Source of the DNA: Octopus vulgaris
Lineage: Eukaryota
Assembly (NCBI GenBank): GCA_951406725.2
Contig: OX597829.1
Location: forward strand, 15,066,001 to 15,130,000
Length of the DNA: 64,000 bases
Direction of reading: 5' to 3'
In this document: one piece after another, positions 29,913-42,730 of the stretch
Numbering within the stretch: the first letter of the stretch is position 1
How the letters are laid out: every line of letters starts with the position of its first letter
Program-made: the position numbers and the translations under genes
Notes under the pieces: generated by a model
What the model saw: the letters and a program-made list of their open reading frames with translations, nothing else
Databases searched by the model: none
Told to the model about the DNA's origin: nothing

Positions 29913-29983
29913 TTAAACGTATATATATATATATATGAGTATGTATGTATATATGTATATATATGTGTGTGTGTATATGTATA

Positions 29984-30023
<40 letters not shown>

Positions 30024-30188
30024 CTTATATACATATATACATATATATATATATACTAAGTAATTAAGGGTTTAGCAACGAATTGCCTCACCAACACACC
30101 GAATTTAGAAATAGCAGTCAAAGAGATATAGCTATTCCTTCTACTAATTTAGAAATAGCAGTCAAAGAGATATAGCTATTGGTGTGTC

Positions 30189-30222
<34 letters not shown>

Positions 30223-30224
<2 letters not shown>

Positions 30225-30620
30225 CGCAGGAGTGGCTGTGTGGTAAGTAGCTTGCTAACCAACCTCATGGTTCCGGGTTCAGTCCCACTGCGTGGCATCT
30301 TGGGCAAGTGTCTTCTGCTATAGCCCCGGGCCGACCAATGCCTTGTGAGTGGATTTGGTAGACGGAAACTGAAAGAAGCCTGTCGTATATATGTATATAT
30401 ATATATATGTATGTGTGTTTGTGTGTCTGTGTTTGCCCCCTAGCATTGCTTGACAACCGATGCTGGTGTGTTTACGTCCCCGTCACTTAGCGGTTCGGCA
30501 AAAAGAGACCGATAGAATAAGTACTGGGCTTACAAAGAATAAGTCCCGGGGTCGATTTGCTCGACTAAAGGTGGTGCACCAGCATGGCCGCAGTCACATG
30601 ACTGAAACAAGTAAAAGAGA
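30223..30620 (+). mobile_element. Full-length SINE family B
   Basis: GGCGCAGGAGTGGCTGTGTGGTAAG A-box, GGTTCAGTCCC B-box, CORE-like CTTGGGCAAGTG, TGACTGAAACAAGTAAAAGA tail. Confidence 0.93.
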
Positions 30621-30651
30621 AAGAGAAAGAGATATATATAACATACATACA

Positions 30652-30686
<35 letters not shown>

Positions 30687-31125
30687 GGTGCTCTGAAAGT
30701 ATTAAGATATGAACTCTCAGCTTCAAGGAAGAAACTGATAGAATGTTTATGAGATGATATCTTTATTAGGGGATATGCAACTTATGACATGTGACCGGAA
30801 ATTTCATAATTATATTTTTTGTCTTTTTTTAGATATGTGTTTATCAATCATCTCACCTTCTACAAATTTGCAATTTTATCAAATCAAATTCCGTTCTTCA
30901 AGAGACATGTCAACTTGACCAAGATACAAATCAGTAACTTCCCTGTGTTAATCGAGAATATCAAATTTTATAATCATTATGGTGGTAACTGAAAATACAT
31001 CTTACATTATAACTATATTTTATGACGCTGACTCTTCACATATACAGGTATTCCTCATTATAGAACTGTTGCGTTTCTAAGAAGCTTCTTCAGATGTAGA
31101 ATTCAGATATGGAATACTATTTTCC

Positions 31126-31187
<62 letters not shown>

Positions 31188-31399
31188 GTGTTTTTTTTAA
31201 TGAACATTTAAATCAATGGGAAATAACTTTTCTTTCCGGCATTCCACATTTCGGTAAGGTTTTCAAGAACGCTTTCATTATGCAGCCGATTCCCTTACCC
31301 ATTGTGGGTTCTGATCCACAAAAGAAAGACTTTGAAATCTGGGACATTTATATTCTTAGAATGTTTAACCAGAGAAAATCTGGCATTTTTTTTTATGTT

Positions 31400-31815
31400 T
31401 TGCTTGTTTCAATCATTGGACTGCTGCCATGCTGGGCAACCATCTTGAACTGCTTTTTAGTCCGATGAATCAAACCCAGTGTTTGTTTGTATTTTTTCTT
31501 TTTTTTTTGCAAAGTTTGGTGCGTATTGGATCCATATCTTCTGCCGAAATGCTAATTTACGAGGATGTAAACATACGAAAAACGCTTGTCAAGCGGTTGG
31601 AGACAAAGAAAAACAGATTCATACACGCGCACGTGCACACACACAGACATACTCACATATAAACACAAATGCAAATATGTATATATATGACCGGTCTCCA
31701 CACAGTTTTCATCTAGCAAATTCACTCACAAGCATTGACCGGCCCAGAGTTAGAATAGAAAACATTTGCCCAAAATATCGTGCTGTTGAATTGAACTTGA
31801 AATCGCCTATTTGTA
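31400..31815 (-). mobile_element. Old, diverged SINE family B copy
   Basis: Collinear similarity to family B along its length. Confidence 0.7.
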
Positions 31816-31950
31816 ATGCATATGCGTTCTTCATATAAGCCTCAATTTTATTTCATTCACATTCAACACCTCTAAAAATTTTACAATAAAGTGGTTTGAA
31901 AATAATTTTGAAAATTTCAAAAACTAATTTGTGTGTGCGCGCGTGCATGC

Positions 31951-32378
31951 GTAGTCGAACCAATTCTACTATATTCTACTATATGGCTCAGAGACCTGGA
32001 TGTTATCAAAGAAGCTTGAGAGACGGTTGGATGGAACTTACACTCGCCTCCTTATGAGAGCTCAAAATTTCTCGTGAAAGCTACATCCAACCAAAGTACA
32101 AATATATGGGAAGTTACCACCTGTATCATCTCTTGTGAAAGGTAGAAGAGTCCAGTTTGCTGGACATTGTTGTAGAGCTGAAAACGAGGTAATTTCTACT
32201 CTTCTCCTCATGAAGCCATCTACTCACGATACCAGAGGGCGTACACTCTCCTACCCTAATGTAATCTCCAGGGATACAGGCATCCAGCAACAGGACCTCC
32301 ATAATGCTATGATGGACCGTGAAGTCTGGCGTAACATAGTAAATTCCATTGTCTCGACCACGGTCGAACAATGATGAA
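31951..32378 (+). mobile_element. RTE-like LINE 3' end
   Basis: ILLYGSETW..RLDGTYTRLL..RRVQFAGHC..MMDREVWR* with TGATGA tail; near-identical to 39874-40124. Confidence 0.9.
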
Positions 32379-32621
32379 TGACGGTGTATGTGTGTATAGA
32401 GGCAATTATGTGAATAATGAAATTAGATACATTACATATATTGAATATAATATGTTGGTTATGAAATACAAAATATGTATAAATGTATACATGCGAAACG
32501 AGAGAAAGCAAAAAGCGGAGTCTTCCAGATGATGAATTTTTTTAGGTATAACTCTATAGATGTTTATACACAGAGTACAAACGATAGACACAGTTAAAAG
32601 GGTGGAAGAAAGGTATCATAA

Positions 32622-32748
32622 GTCTAACAGCTGTTTCTGGAGGCTCGAAGATCCATAATAATATTGGTAGCTGTAGTTCATTAGAATATGTGGCCGAATT
32701 AGATGCAATCAGCATTGGTTAAGTTGACACCCCATCGTCAGGATAGAG
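32622..32748 (-). ncRNA. Hammerhead-like motif with a long stem II insert
   Basis: CTGACGA-tgggg..(~85 nt)..ctcca-GAAAC-AGCT-GTT; palindromic AACAGCTGTT; stem I poor. Confidence 0.5.
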
Positions 32749-34322
32749 ATCTTACATTTCAGATCTTAATGCAGAGAAGTTCAAAGATGGAATGGTTAAA
32801 TGTGGAGAGCTCTACACATTTAATTATTCCATCTACCCATAAAACGTGTGATCCTCGCTTTTTGTAAATGTCTGATGAATTGTCCTTGAACCTTTTCATA
32901 GACTTATGTTAAATTGTTTTTCGATCAAAATGAAGCGTTCATTGATGGATTTGAGACATTGGTTACATTATGATTGTGGAAGGCACTGTAGCTGAATCGT
33001 GTACATGTAAGTTTTTCCAATCTGCTGCTAATAATGGTACTTCGCTTTTTCACCACGATCAAACACAACAGAAGCTTTTAACTTCCTTTCTATGTTGTCA
33101 GTATTTATTGAACAGATGTTTTGCAAGAGAATGAATCATCAGCTTCATAACGTCTTTTGAAATACCCGTCTTCAACTTTTGTGATCTTTTCTTCATCAGT
33201 ATTTTGGACAAAAGAATTTTTATCGTTGTACACTGACTCAGTTCCCACTTCTATTTAACATCACTGGTTGCCTTTTGATGTGATTGCATTTATATAGCTT
33301 TTTTGTAAATTTGTGAAAGGTTTGTTGTTTGACTAACTCACTTCTCAGGTGGATATGTAACACGTGAAGCTGTCAGAAGCTTCAAGAGCATGTTTTTGAT
33401 ATGTATGGTGGATTGTGAGTGTCCTTTTGGGGTGGGGGTCACAAGGTGAAGGCTAACTACATAATATGCATTCCTCCAATTTACTCCTAGCTCTTTTATA
33501 ACCAGAACACTTCAAAGTAAACAACACCAGCGTAAATGTAGATAAATCAATATATTCCCCTTGCTATTTTACAAACAAAACAAAACTGAACGACCTGTAA
33601 GGTCACTCTTTTCAAAAAGTACATCCGGATTATTGAATCGGATGACATTTTTATTCGTAAACTTTCAAAGCGGGCTCCAACGCAACTTTTTCAGGGATAT
33701 GGTTTCCTTTCTTTCCAGTTTTTCGTAAAAATAGATTCAGTATTTTATGTCTCGTTTGGAAATGTAAGCTATTAGTATATGTTCATTTTAAAAAAAAGAT
33801 TCGGACTTGTCTATTGGGAAGTTTGTTAAAGTTACATACACTGGAAAGTGTTCATGCCGGTGAAAAATTTAGACCTTGAAGTATTTTTTACTCATACAAC
33901 TGGGGAAACATTTGATTAAAAATAGAATGAAAACTCATGGAAATATTGGGTTTCTTAATTTGTGCCTAACAGAGCTATCATTTAAAATGATAACATGAAA
34001 GAAGTTGTACAAGATTGAAAGCAAAGTGAGCTTTTCATGGGGAAAAATGAAATAGCTAAATGTAGAAAAGGAACAATATAGTAGGAAATTTTGACCAGAT
34101 CATCAAGTGTTTTTCTTTGAAGTAAGTATATGAGAATATCCTAGTAAATACCAAATAATAATAGGGTTATTGTAGATGTAAATAAATTTTGGCATAAAAC
34201 ATGCAAGTAAGGGAATATACATAAAAACAAAACTTGGATCTCAAAATATTTATAACAACATGTATATACGTGTGTATGTATATATGCACACACATATATG
34301 TGTATATATATATATATGTATG

Positions 34323-34383
<61 letters not shown>

Positions 34384-34864
34384 CATATGTATATATATAT
34401 AGGTACATATATATATATGTGTGTGTGTGTGTACATATATATATATATAAATATATACATATATATGTACATATATATATATACGCACACACACAAATAT
34501 ATATGAATATATAGATATAGATGTACATATACATATGTTTATGTGTGCGTGTAGATTCAGTTAATTGTTTATGTGCCTACATGCAGACATCAGTAAATAT
34601 TTGCATTTGTTTTAGTTTGTATGTATATGTGCATGTATACGTAAGTAAGCAGTTTTTACCTACACTTAATGATATGTCGCTCCATCACACGGCTATATGG
34701 ACCGATTATATGTCAGTTTTCAAATTTATGTGCTGTATCCACGTGACGTTAACAAGACACTTTTGTTAGCATCGGGTTGATCAATACACTCTGAGTGAAA
34801 TTTTGTTCATAGGTACTGTGCTGTAACATAGATGAGGTTTAGTAACAGAAGCTCTCTCTCTATA

Positions 34865-34936
<72 letters not shown>

Positions 34937-35029
34937 CATACATACAAACATAAATGCATACATGCATGCATACATACACACACACATACAAACACACACA
35001 CATACACACACACATATATATATATATTG

Positions 35030-35478
35030 CCCTCTGCCCTCTTCTAACACCCACCGCCACCAACCTCGCAATCCACAATTTACTTCTTTCCCAAAATTTA
35101 CAAACCTAACAACCCTGGCCGCCCCATCGTCTCCGCCTACGACTGCCCCATGGAACTCATCTCCAAAGAGCCTATACATGGTGATCCCTCACCATGAGGG
35201 GCTTCGTGCACCTCAACACTACCTTGAACTTTGACCTAACCCCCAAATTGACACAGCCACACTTCTTCGTTTGGCCGAACTTGTCCGCTCACTTAACTGC
35301 TTCTCGTTCGCGGGTGATTTTTACCAGTAGTTCTCGGGAGTGGCCATGGGAACGAGAATGGGTCCCAACTATGCGAACCTGCTCGTTGCCTACGTTGAGG
35401 CCCAAATATTTTCAAGATTCACTGGTCCCACTCCTGAACTATACGGTCGTTATATTGATGACTGTTTCGGTGCAACCT
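35030..35478 (+). mobile_element. Penelope-like reverse transcriptase fragment, internally deleted and frameshifted
   Basis: PKIYKPNNPGRPIVS, LYMVIPHHEGL, GVAMGTRMGPNYANL and YGRYIDDCFG are PLE RT motifs. Confidence 0.92.
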
Positions 35479-35616
35479 AAATAGGAAATATACGTAGTAG
35501 GTTGCCATACCTCTATACCTGCAGTTTATATATATACACAGGTAGAATAGTTAGTGGACTACTATGTAGACATATCTATGCGTGTGCGTGTGTGTGTAAA
35601 TGTGTGTGTTTATGTA

Positions 35617-35653
<37 letters not shown>

Positions 35654-35664
35654 TTTCTTTTATT

Positions 35665-35889
35665 CTTTTACTTGTTCCAGTCATTTGACTGCAGCCATGC
35701 TGGAGCACCGCCTTTAGTCGAACAAATCGACCCCAGGACTTATCCTTTGTAATCCTTGTACTTATTCTAACGGTCTCTTTTGTCGAACCACTAGGTTACG
35801 GGGACGTAAACACTCCAACATCGGTTGTCAGTGTTGACAAACATACACATAAATATATATATATCACTCTCCCCCCTCTCTCTCTTTGT

Positions 35890-35920
<31 letters not shown>

Positions 35921-36050
35921 CACGTCAAGCTTCTTCCAGTTTCCGTCTACCAAATCCACTTACAAGCCTTTGGTTGGCCCGAGGCTATAGTAGAAGACAC
36001 TTGCTCAAGGTTTTCATGCAGTGGAACTGAACCCGGAACCACAGTCACAC
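35665..36050 (-). mobile_element. SINE family B
   Basis: Collinear with other family B copies; head partly deleted. Confidence 0.88.
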
Positions 36051-36789
36051 TCGCGACTATATATTATTTAATGCCCTGAAGAGACTGCATCGTTTTATAA
36101 TAGGGATGCAATTTCAACGTTTGCTCATCGGTGCAATTCAAACATATGTTGGTCGTAAAGGCGGAAAATAAGTAATCTATCTATACTATAATTCCGCTAT
36201 TTACGTCTGTGTGTGTCGTTGTCAAAATGTTGTTATCTAACTCGTCCGCAACCACTGGATCTATTTCGACCAAACTTGGCGTGAGGAACCGTGTGTACTG
36301 AGTGAGTGTCAACATCTATATGGAATTCCCGAATATTAAACGGTCTGGTTCTAATCTGAGGGGACCGCATTTAAAGGCTAAATGTATATGAAACCAAATG
36401 CCTGACTTTGTGGCCACTTTGCTTCGGCTCAACCGATTTTGATCTAATTTGACATGAGAGGTCGTGGGTACCCTGAGAGTCTGAACATCTATATGTGATT
36501 CTGGAAAATTAACCAGTCCGGGTTCAGTCTGGTAAAATCAGACAAAACGAATTGCCCCGCTCTCACTATTCAATGACTCTACTATCATTCCTCATGCTTA
36601 CTACTTCTTACTAAGAGCTGTAGTGTGAGGAGTAGTAATTGACAAGTTGCATACAATGTTACTTCTCATAAATCTCTCTCTCTCTTTCCCTTACATATTT
36701 ACTGCTTCTCTTAACTCACTCTCTCTTAACGGATTGCGGTCTTTTCCTTTGATGTTTCTCTCTCACATATATGCATATAGTCAGTCGCC

Positions 36790-36980
36790 ATAATAGATCG
36801 TTAGCTACTACACACATTTTTCTCTCTCCTTGTTTTTTTCTGTGTCCCATTCTGAAGAAGAGCGTAGGCTCGAAACGTAAAAGACTTTTTCTATTCCTGG
36901 GCGTTATACTAATACATCTGTTTGTTTTGTAATACCACCTGTCTTTGTGTTTTGTTTTTTTCGTAAACTCTCCCTATATA
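36790..36980 (+). mobile_element. Short HHR-bearing dispersed element (second copy 59494-59670)
   Basis: Two ~185-bp copies, each ending cgtaaact(c/t)tcc before (TA)n. Confidence 0.8.
36848..36883 (+). ncRNA. Minimal hammerhead motif with an extra A after the core
   Basis: tt-CTGAAGA-a-gagc-gtag-gctc-GAAAC-GTA-aaag; ACGT palindrome at stem III. Confidence 0.6.
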
Positions 36981-37044
36981 GGTATATATATATATATATA
37001 TTACGTATTGAACTCACTCTCTCATACAATGTTACCTTTCATAA

Positions 37045-37075
<31 letters not shown>

Positions 37076-37197
37076 CTCTATTACTTCTCTTACATCATTC
37101 TCTCTTAACTTGTTGCGTTCTTCCAAACGTTCCTGTCGGTGTCATTTTGAAAACAAAACAACACAAAACAAAAATACTGTTTATTCTTCAATGAAAA

Positions 37198-37643
37198 TTA
37201 CAATTACACCATACTCGCTAAACACTATTTTAAAGTGCGGCTTTTGATATTGAATTGCTCTAACCGAATTTGACCATAAAAATGTTGGAAATTTAGTATT
37301 TTTTAAGATATTAATAAAATTTGTCGGACCCGTTTTCATGTTGTCGGTCCTCGGAACTATACTAATACTTCCTTACGTTGTTGCCTTTATGAATATGGTA
37401 TTGAATGCACTGTCGTCTGATGTTTCACGCATGCATAGAATTCTGAAATAACAGGTGTAAAAAATATGAAAATTTCGGAAACCTTGCGCATTCGGCTGCA
37501 TGAAAATAGGTTTGGCTAATTTTATTATTACCTTAAAAAATACTAAATTTCTGACATTTTTATGGTCAAATTCCTTTACAACAATTCAACAACATAAAAA
37601 TCGCATTTTAAAATAGTGTTTAGCGAGAGTGGTGTTATTGTAA
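37198..37643. mobile_element. MITE-like element with ~120-bp imperfect terminal inverted repeats
   Basis: ttacaattacacca..ctcgctaaacactattttaaa..tttgaccataaaaatgt mirrored by acatttttatggtcaaa..ttttaaaatagtgtttagcgag..ggtgttattgtaa. Confidence 0.8.
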
Positions 37644-39873
37644 ATAAATACCGAATGTAAATTTTTACTATAAATACCGTGAAAACTTCCCGTTCAGATA
37701 TTTTAGCTCAAATGCTAGCTGAATCGTCTCAAAACTTTCACTATATAATTGTCATAAATATTCATGCTTTCATCAGTACACTATGCCAAGAAAAAGAAAA
37801 GGCTGTTGCCGAAAAAATTCCCGGTCACAAGCGATTGCTGAGCAAAGACAAGAGATGATAATTGAAGAAAACCGACAAAGACTTTGCTCTTCTCGGTGTC
37901 TCAAAATAAAGCGAAGGGGAAAGCAAGAAATCTGTGCAATAGAATCACCAAAAGATACGGAGAAATGCAAATCGGCTGAGGAGACCGGAAACCCGGGAGA
38001 TGGAAAGACCAAAAAATAGAGGAATGTCAATCGGCTGAGAACGCAGAAAAACCATGCTATGGAAACACTACAAGAAACAGAAGCATGGAGAAGTGCTGTT
38101 CGGCTGAGGAAACAAGACTCTATGGAAAACACGTCGCTGCCACAAGCAAACAATCGAAACTTCCTCATCAAAGAACCGACACTGTTAGAGTAGCTATTGA
38201 AGATGACACTGTGAGAGTAGCTATGGCAGATTTTCATGAGAAAGAACGAAGCCCAAGTCTTATATTGCACTACTATGGAAACGTTTTTAACGGAACATAC
38301 CCTGACTGCAAGGTTTCCTTTTGGGGTGATGGAAAATCTACCCTCTGCTGTGGAAAAGAAAAAAATAGCAATCACAAAGTTCCACAGATAAAAAAAAAAT
38401 GCCCAGAATTAATAGCTAAGTACTATGATGTTAATCTAAGCGGTAAATGTTTCTGAACAAAATTCGTGACTACAATAATTTACTGGCAATGGCTTCACTT
38501 GGATTGGATAATCCACCAGTTGGATCACTGGGTGGTAGCAGTTTTAAGTCTACTTTCAAGATTCAAGGAAAGTTGTACTACTGCATAGGAAGTCTCCTAC
38601 CAGCAGTAAATAGGAAGCCAGTCTAAGCACAGCTATATTTCGTTGACAATGAAAATGAAATGAGAAACAGGTTGTCATTCAGAGGAGCTGATAATGACCG
38701 TAATGAGAACATCCTGCTAGGCTTGCAGAGAGCACTGCATATGGAGAATCCTTATATCAAAAGTTTTAAACAGGCTATTGATATAATTGAAGAATACCCT
38801 GCATCAGGAAAAATGTTCTACCGGTAATATTATTATAAGTCATAACAAACGGCTTATTCCCGCTGGATCACATGAGAGAACTTATAATCCACCGACTGAG
38901 TCAGAAGTTGTTGTGATCATGGTGGGGGATGATACCTATAATCCAAACATTAAACCTGTGAATGTTACTGTGCAGTACAGAGAGAGCAAAGGGAAGTCAG
39001 ACTACATTAGTCAAATCCACAGAAGCTATGACACTTCCGTTTCCCTATGGGGAAGATGGCTGGAATGAGCTCTTGAAGGACAATGACCCAAGCAAAAACA
39101 TCACTGAATGTGACTTTTATTCTTATCGGTATCGGGTAAGAAAGGACGAGTTCAATGACATAATAAAAAAGTAGGTGTCTGATGCAATAATATGCAGTGA
39201 ATCAATATGCAAAGATTAAACTTCCTGAAAAGTATCAGGACCTTCTGAATGCTATTGCAAATGGTGTCATGAATAACATAGGGTCTAAAATTATTCTTCC
39301 GCCATCACACACTGGATCTACTCGATTTTATTGTGGGTGTTTCCAAGCTCTCGAATGGTTCTAGTGAGAGAGGTTTGCCACATCTCAAAATATTGCTCTT
39401 TATGGCTGACACAGATAAGCCGAAAAAGCCAGAAATCATTGAACGAGTTGTATTTGCGGGGGTACCAGATAGGGGTATGAATCCAGAACTATTGGAGATT
39501 GGGTAAAAACAAAAACAACTTTCACAAACCATGTCGATACCATAATCCAAAAAGTCCATGCGTGGATGGTGATTCACCAAAATGCACAAAATCATTTCCC
39601 AAACAATGCAGAAGTACTACATTTGTGAGTGATGACGCCTATCCAGAATACAGACGTCGGTCACCAAACTCTGGAGGCAGGTCTCTCCGTAACAACTGTC
39701 ATCTAAATGTTGAGGTTGTGCACACTGAACTGGCGGTGAAATATATTTTTAAGTACCTCACTAAATGGCCTGATAGAGTCAATGTTTAAATCCGTTCAAG
39801 CACGACACGATTAACTTTTCAAATGTTTCCTTGGACCGTAGTACAGGACTATGCTATCTGTACCACAAGTTTA

Positions 39874-40124
39874 ATCTTGTGAAAGATAGAAGAGTCCAGT
39901 TTGCTGGAAATTGTTGTAGAGCTGAAAACGAGGTAATTTCTTCTCTTCTCCTCTGGAAGCCATCTGCTCGCGATACCAGAGGGCACACACTCCCCTACTC
40001 TGATGTAATATCCAGGGATATAAGCATCCAGCAACAGGACCTCCGTAATGCTATGATGGACCGTGAAGTCTGGCGTAACATAGTAAATTCCATTGTCTCG
40101 ACCACGGCCGAGCAATGATGATGA
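39874..40124 (+). mobile_element. RTE-like LINE 3' end, short copy
   Basis: Near-identical to 32130-32378; TGATGATGA tail. Confidence 0.9.
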
Positions 40125-40644
40125 CAAGTTTAATAAGAACCTTAAATGCGTAAATAAAAATTCCAATAATCCAAACACAATTATAAGCTGTATATTTAGA
40201 AGCGTCTCCATTAAAATTTCGAGGTTTTTCTGATAACTAGAAATGAAGGGCACTACAACTAAGCTTTTGCAGAAGCAGATAATGATAAAATTAAATATAT
40301 CTCTAGTGGCACAACTAACAAAAACAATATCAATAGCAACCGAAAGGCATGCTATAATGCTAGAAATGAAAAGAAAACAGGATTTTTCAAATAATGGACA
40401 TATTTAAAATAACATCTAAAAGAGTATGTAATAGAAAACGATTCAAAGAACACGCATGGACGGTTACACGTAAGAGAAACATGTAATGTGCCAAGGACAG
40501 GTAACTATTCTAGGAAAACTAGGGATGATAAGAATAATGAAAATGACACCACTGCTTCTGCTACTGCTACTGCTTCTGCTTCTGCTACTGCTAATAACAA
40601 TAATGTTAATAATTTTTATTGTGGTGATGCTGTTGTTGCTGTTG

Positions 40645-40982
40645 CTGTTGAGCGGTCCGGTCCGAAGGTCCGAACCGTGGTCCTTTGCTATTCGTAAGGC
40701 CCGCAGAAGAGAAAGCAGGTCAAGCCCCGACACCGAGAGCATCGACGGATGGATGAATGCGCATCCAGGCTCAGTGGTTATTTAGGAAGTCGGGGACAAG
40801 AAACAGGAAGAAAGAGTGAGAGAAAGAGTACAACAGGGGTCGCCACCACCCCCTGCCGGAGCATCGTCGAGCTTTAGGTGTTTTCTCTCAATAAACACAC
40901 ACAACGCCCGGTCTGGGTATCGAAACCGCGATACTCCGACCGCGAGTCCGCTGCCCTAACCATTGGGGCATTGCGCCTCCAC
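40645..40982 (-). mobile_element. tRNA-derived SINE family C (tail type 1)
   Basis: Head TGGAGGCGCAATGCCCCAATGGTTAGGGCAGCGGACTCGCGG..GGTTTCGATACCC; TCG at the anticodon position suggests tRNA-Arg origin. Confidence 0.85.
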
Positions 40983-42730
40983 TGAAGGTGGTGATGCTGA
41001 TGGTGGTGGTGGCGGTGGTGGTGGTGGCGGTGGTAGTGGTAGTGGTGGTGGTGATAGTGGTTATAATGGTAAAAGAAATAAAGTGGCTTATAATCGAGCT
41101 AATTATAATAAGGGAGGACATTGTAAAACAAGAAATAGTAAATATCACATTAGAAATAAAATTTATGAGACGGTTACCTGTACTGGATACATACGAATAG
41201 TTAAAAACATAAGAGTAAGATTGGAAGCTATAATAATAACAGTAAGTATCCAGGAAAACGGAGAGCCCGAATAACGCAGATTACATGGTATAATGCGCCA
41301 TATGGGATTTAAATAGCCACTAATATACCTGGGAAATTTTTCGCTGCTCTCGATTTGTTCCATCAAGCAAATATGGTACGCTGTTTAATTTTGAATTATA
41401 AAATATTACTCACCGCGCATGCATGCATACATACATACATACATACATACATACATACATTTTCAACCACACGGAACTTGGCTCAAATTATAACTGCACA
41501 TAATGCACATAAGGTAATGGAGTTTGACAGTGTGAATTTAATTAACTCGACTAATACCATAGCATAGGTTGTTGCACAACAACTTTAAGGCGAGCTTTTA
41601 TTATCACTTCTCTAAATAAATATACTTAGAGCCTGAATGAGAGAAATACCAAATATTATATTAAATGGTCCATTACAAGCAGTGCCGGTGGAGAATTAAA
41701 ATTTGACATGCCTTGAGGAATGTTTTCCAAATTTTAACTTCCAATGCCAAATTATCAAGTCGAAAAAATTAATTAAAATTAAGACGTCCACGTTTATTTA
41801 GAAGCATCTTTTAATACTTCACTAATATGTGCTGTAACGACAGGTATTTGATCATGCTGGAGGTTCAATGTATATCTTTAATATACCTAACTAGATAATA
41901 CTAGCTTTTTAATTTTAAATTCCCTTTGAGATAGCGTTACTTTTATTCTTGCACTAAGAAGTACTGAATTGAAAAATTAACTTAATTTAATTTAATATTA
42001 TAATATCACTATTATTTCTTTTTACACATACTGTATTCTCTTATTATTTGGATTTAATTAATATACCAAGTCTTTCACTCAGTTTTAATGGTTTTAAAAT
42101 TGTTCATGTTTTGGATATTCTACGTAATTATTAAGTCAATGCATTTACTTATAATAGTAATTTTAACTATGGTTACTTTCCATCATTCTAACTCGCCCAT
42201 CGATTTATTAATCTAATTTATTGCATTTTATCTACAGATGAACCTTTCCGTTTACATTTTCCTTAATGTTAATTTTTTTTTTTATCCTTAACTAATTTCA
42301 TTTTGAAATACACTATCACCAAAAGATTATAGTTTATTAAAAATGAAAATTTGATAGTAGATTATTTTTCCCTTTGTAACAGTAATTAACAAATTTGCCT
42401 TCCATGATAACGCCTCTTCCTACTAGCATTAAATAATAAAAACTTAACAAACCTAAATAATAATATATTTTGATACTACTAGGCACCTTCGTGTTTTTTT
42501 TTCTATTTTAGTCTGGACCAGTTAAAGTTTAAGTACAGCTGAAGGTCTTACAGTACCATGTTTCTATACCACTTCAACCTTATTTAATATACTTTTTATA
42601 TTTATTATATTTCTTTTTACCAATTGGTGATAACAGACAGTAGCAGGTTCTTTACTACTATAGAAACTCTTACAGTATCAAGGTTTGCTACCACCTCAAA
42701 CACTTTGAGTTAATTTTTATAATCACTATA

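Larger units (their letters stand above)
36176..39790 (+). mobile_element. Decayed autonomous Helitron (5' end plus Rep domain) with nested insertions
   Basis: 5' A|TCTATCTATACTATAAT with subterminal repeats. Frameshifted motifs IRDYNNLLAMASLG, FKIQGKLYYCIGSLLP, HERTYNPP, FPYGEDGW, ILPPSHTGS, RGLPHL (HUH region), YPEYRRR, CHLNVE..VKYIFKY (Y2). Linking the 5' end to the Rep is inferred. Confidence 0.85.

Noticed and set aside
30223-30300. tRNA gene calls for SINE heads
   Set aside because: A/B boxes are present, but they run into SINE bodies and lack a proper cloverleaf.
40963-41274. Gly-rich ORF
   Set aside because: Made of a SINE head plus a (GGT)n repeat; no domain.
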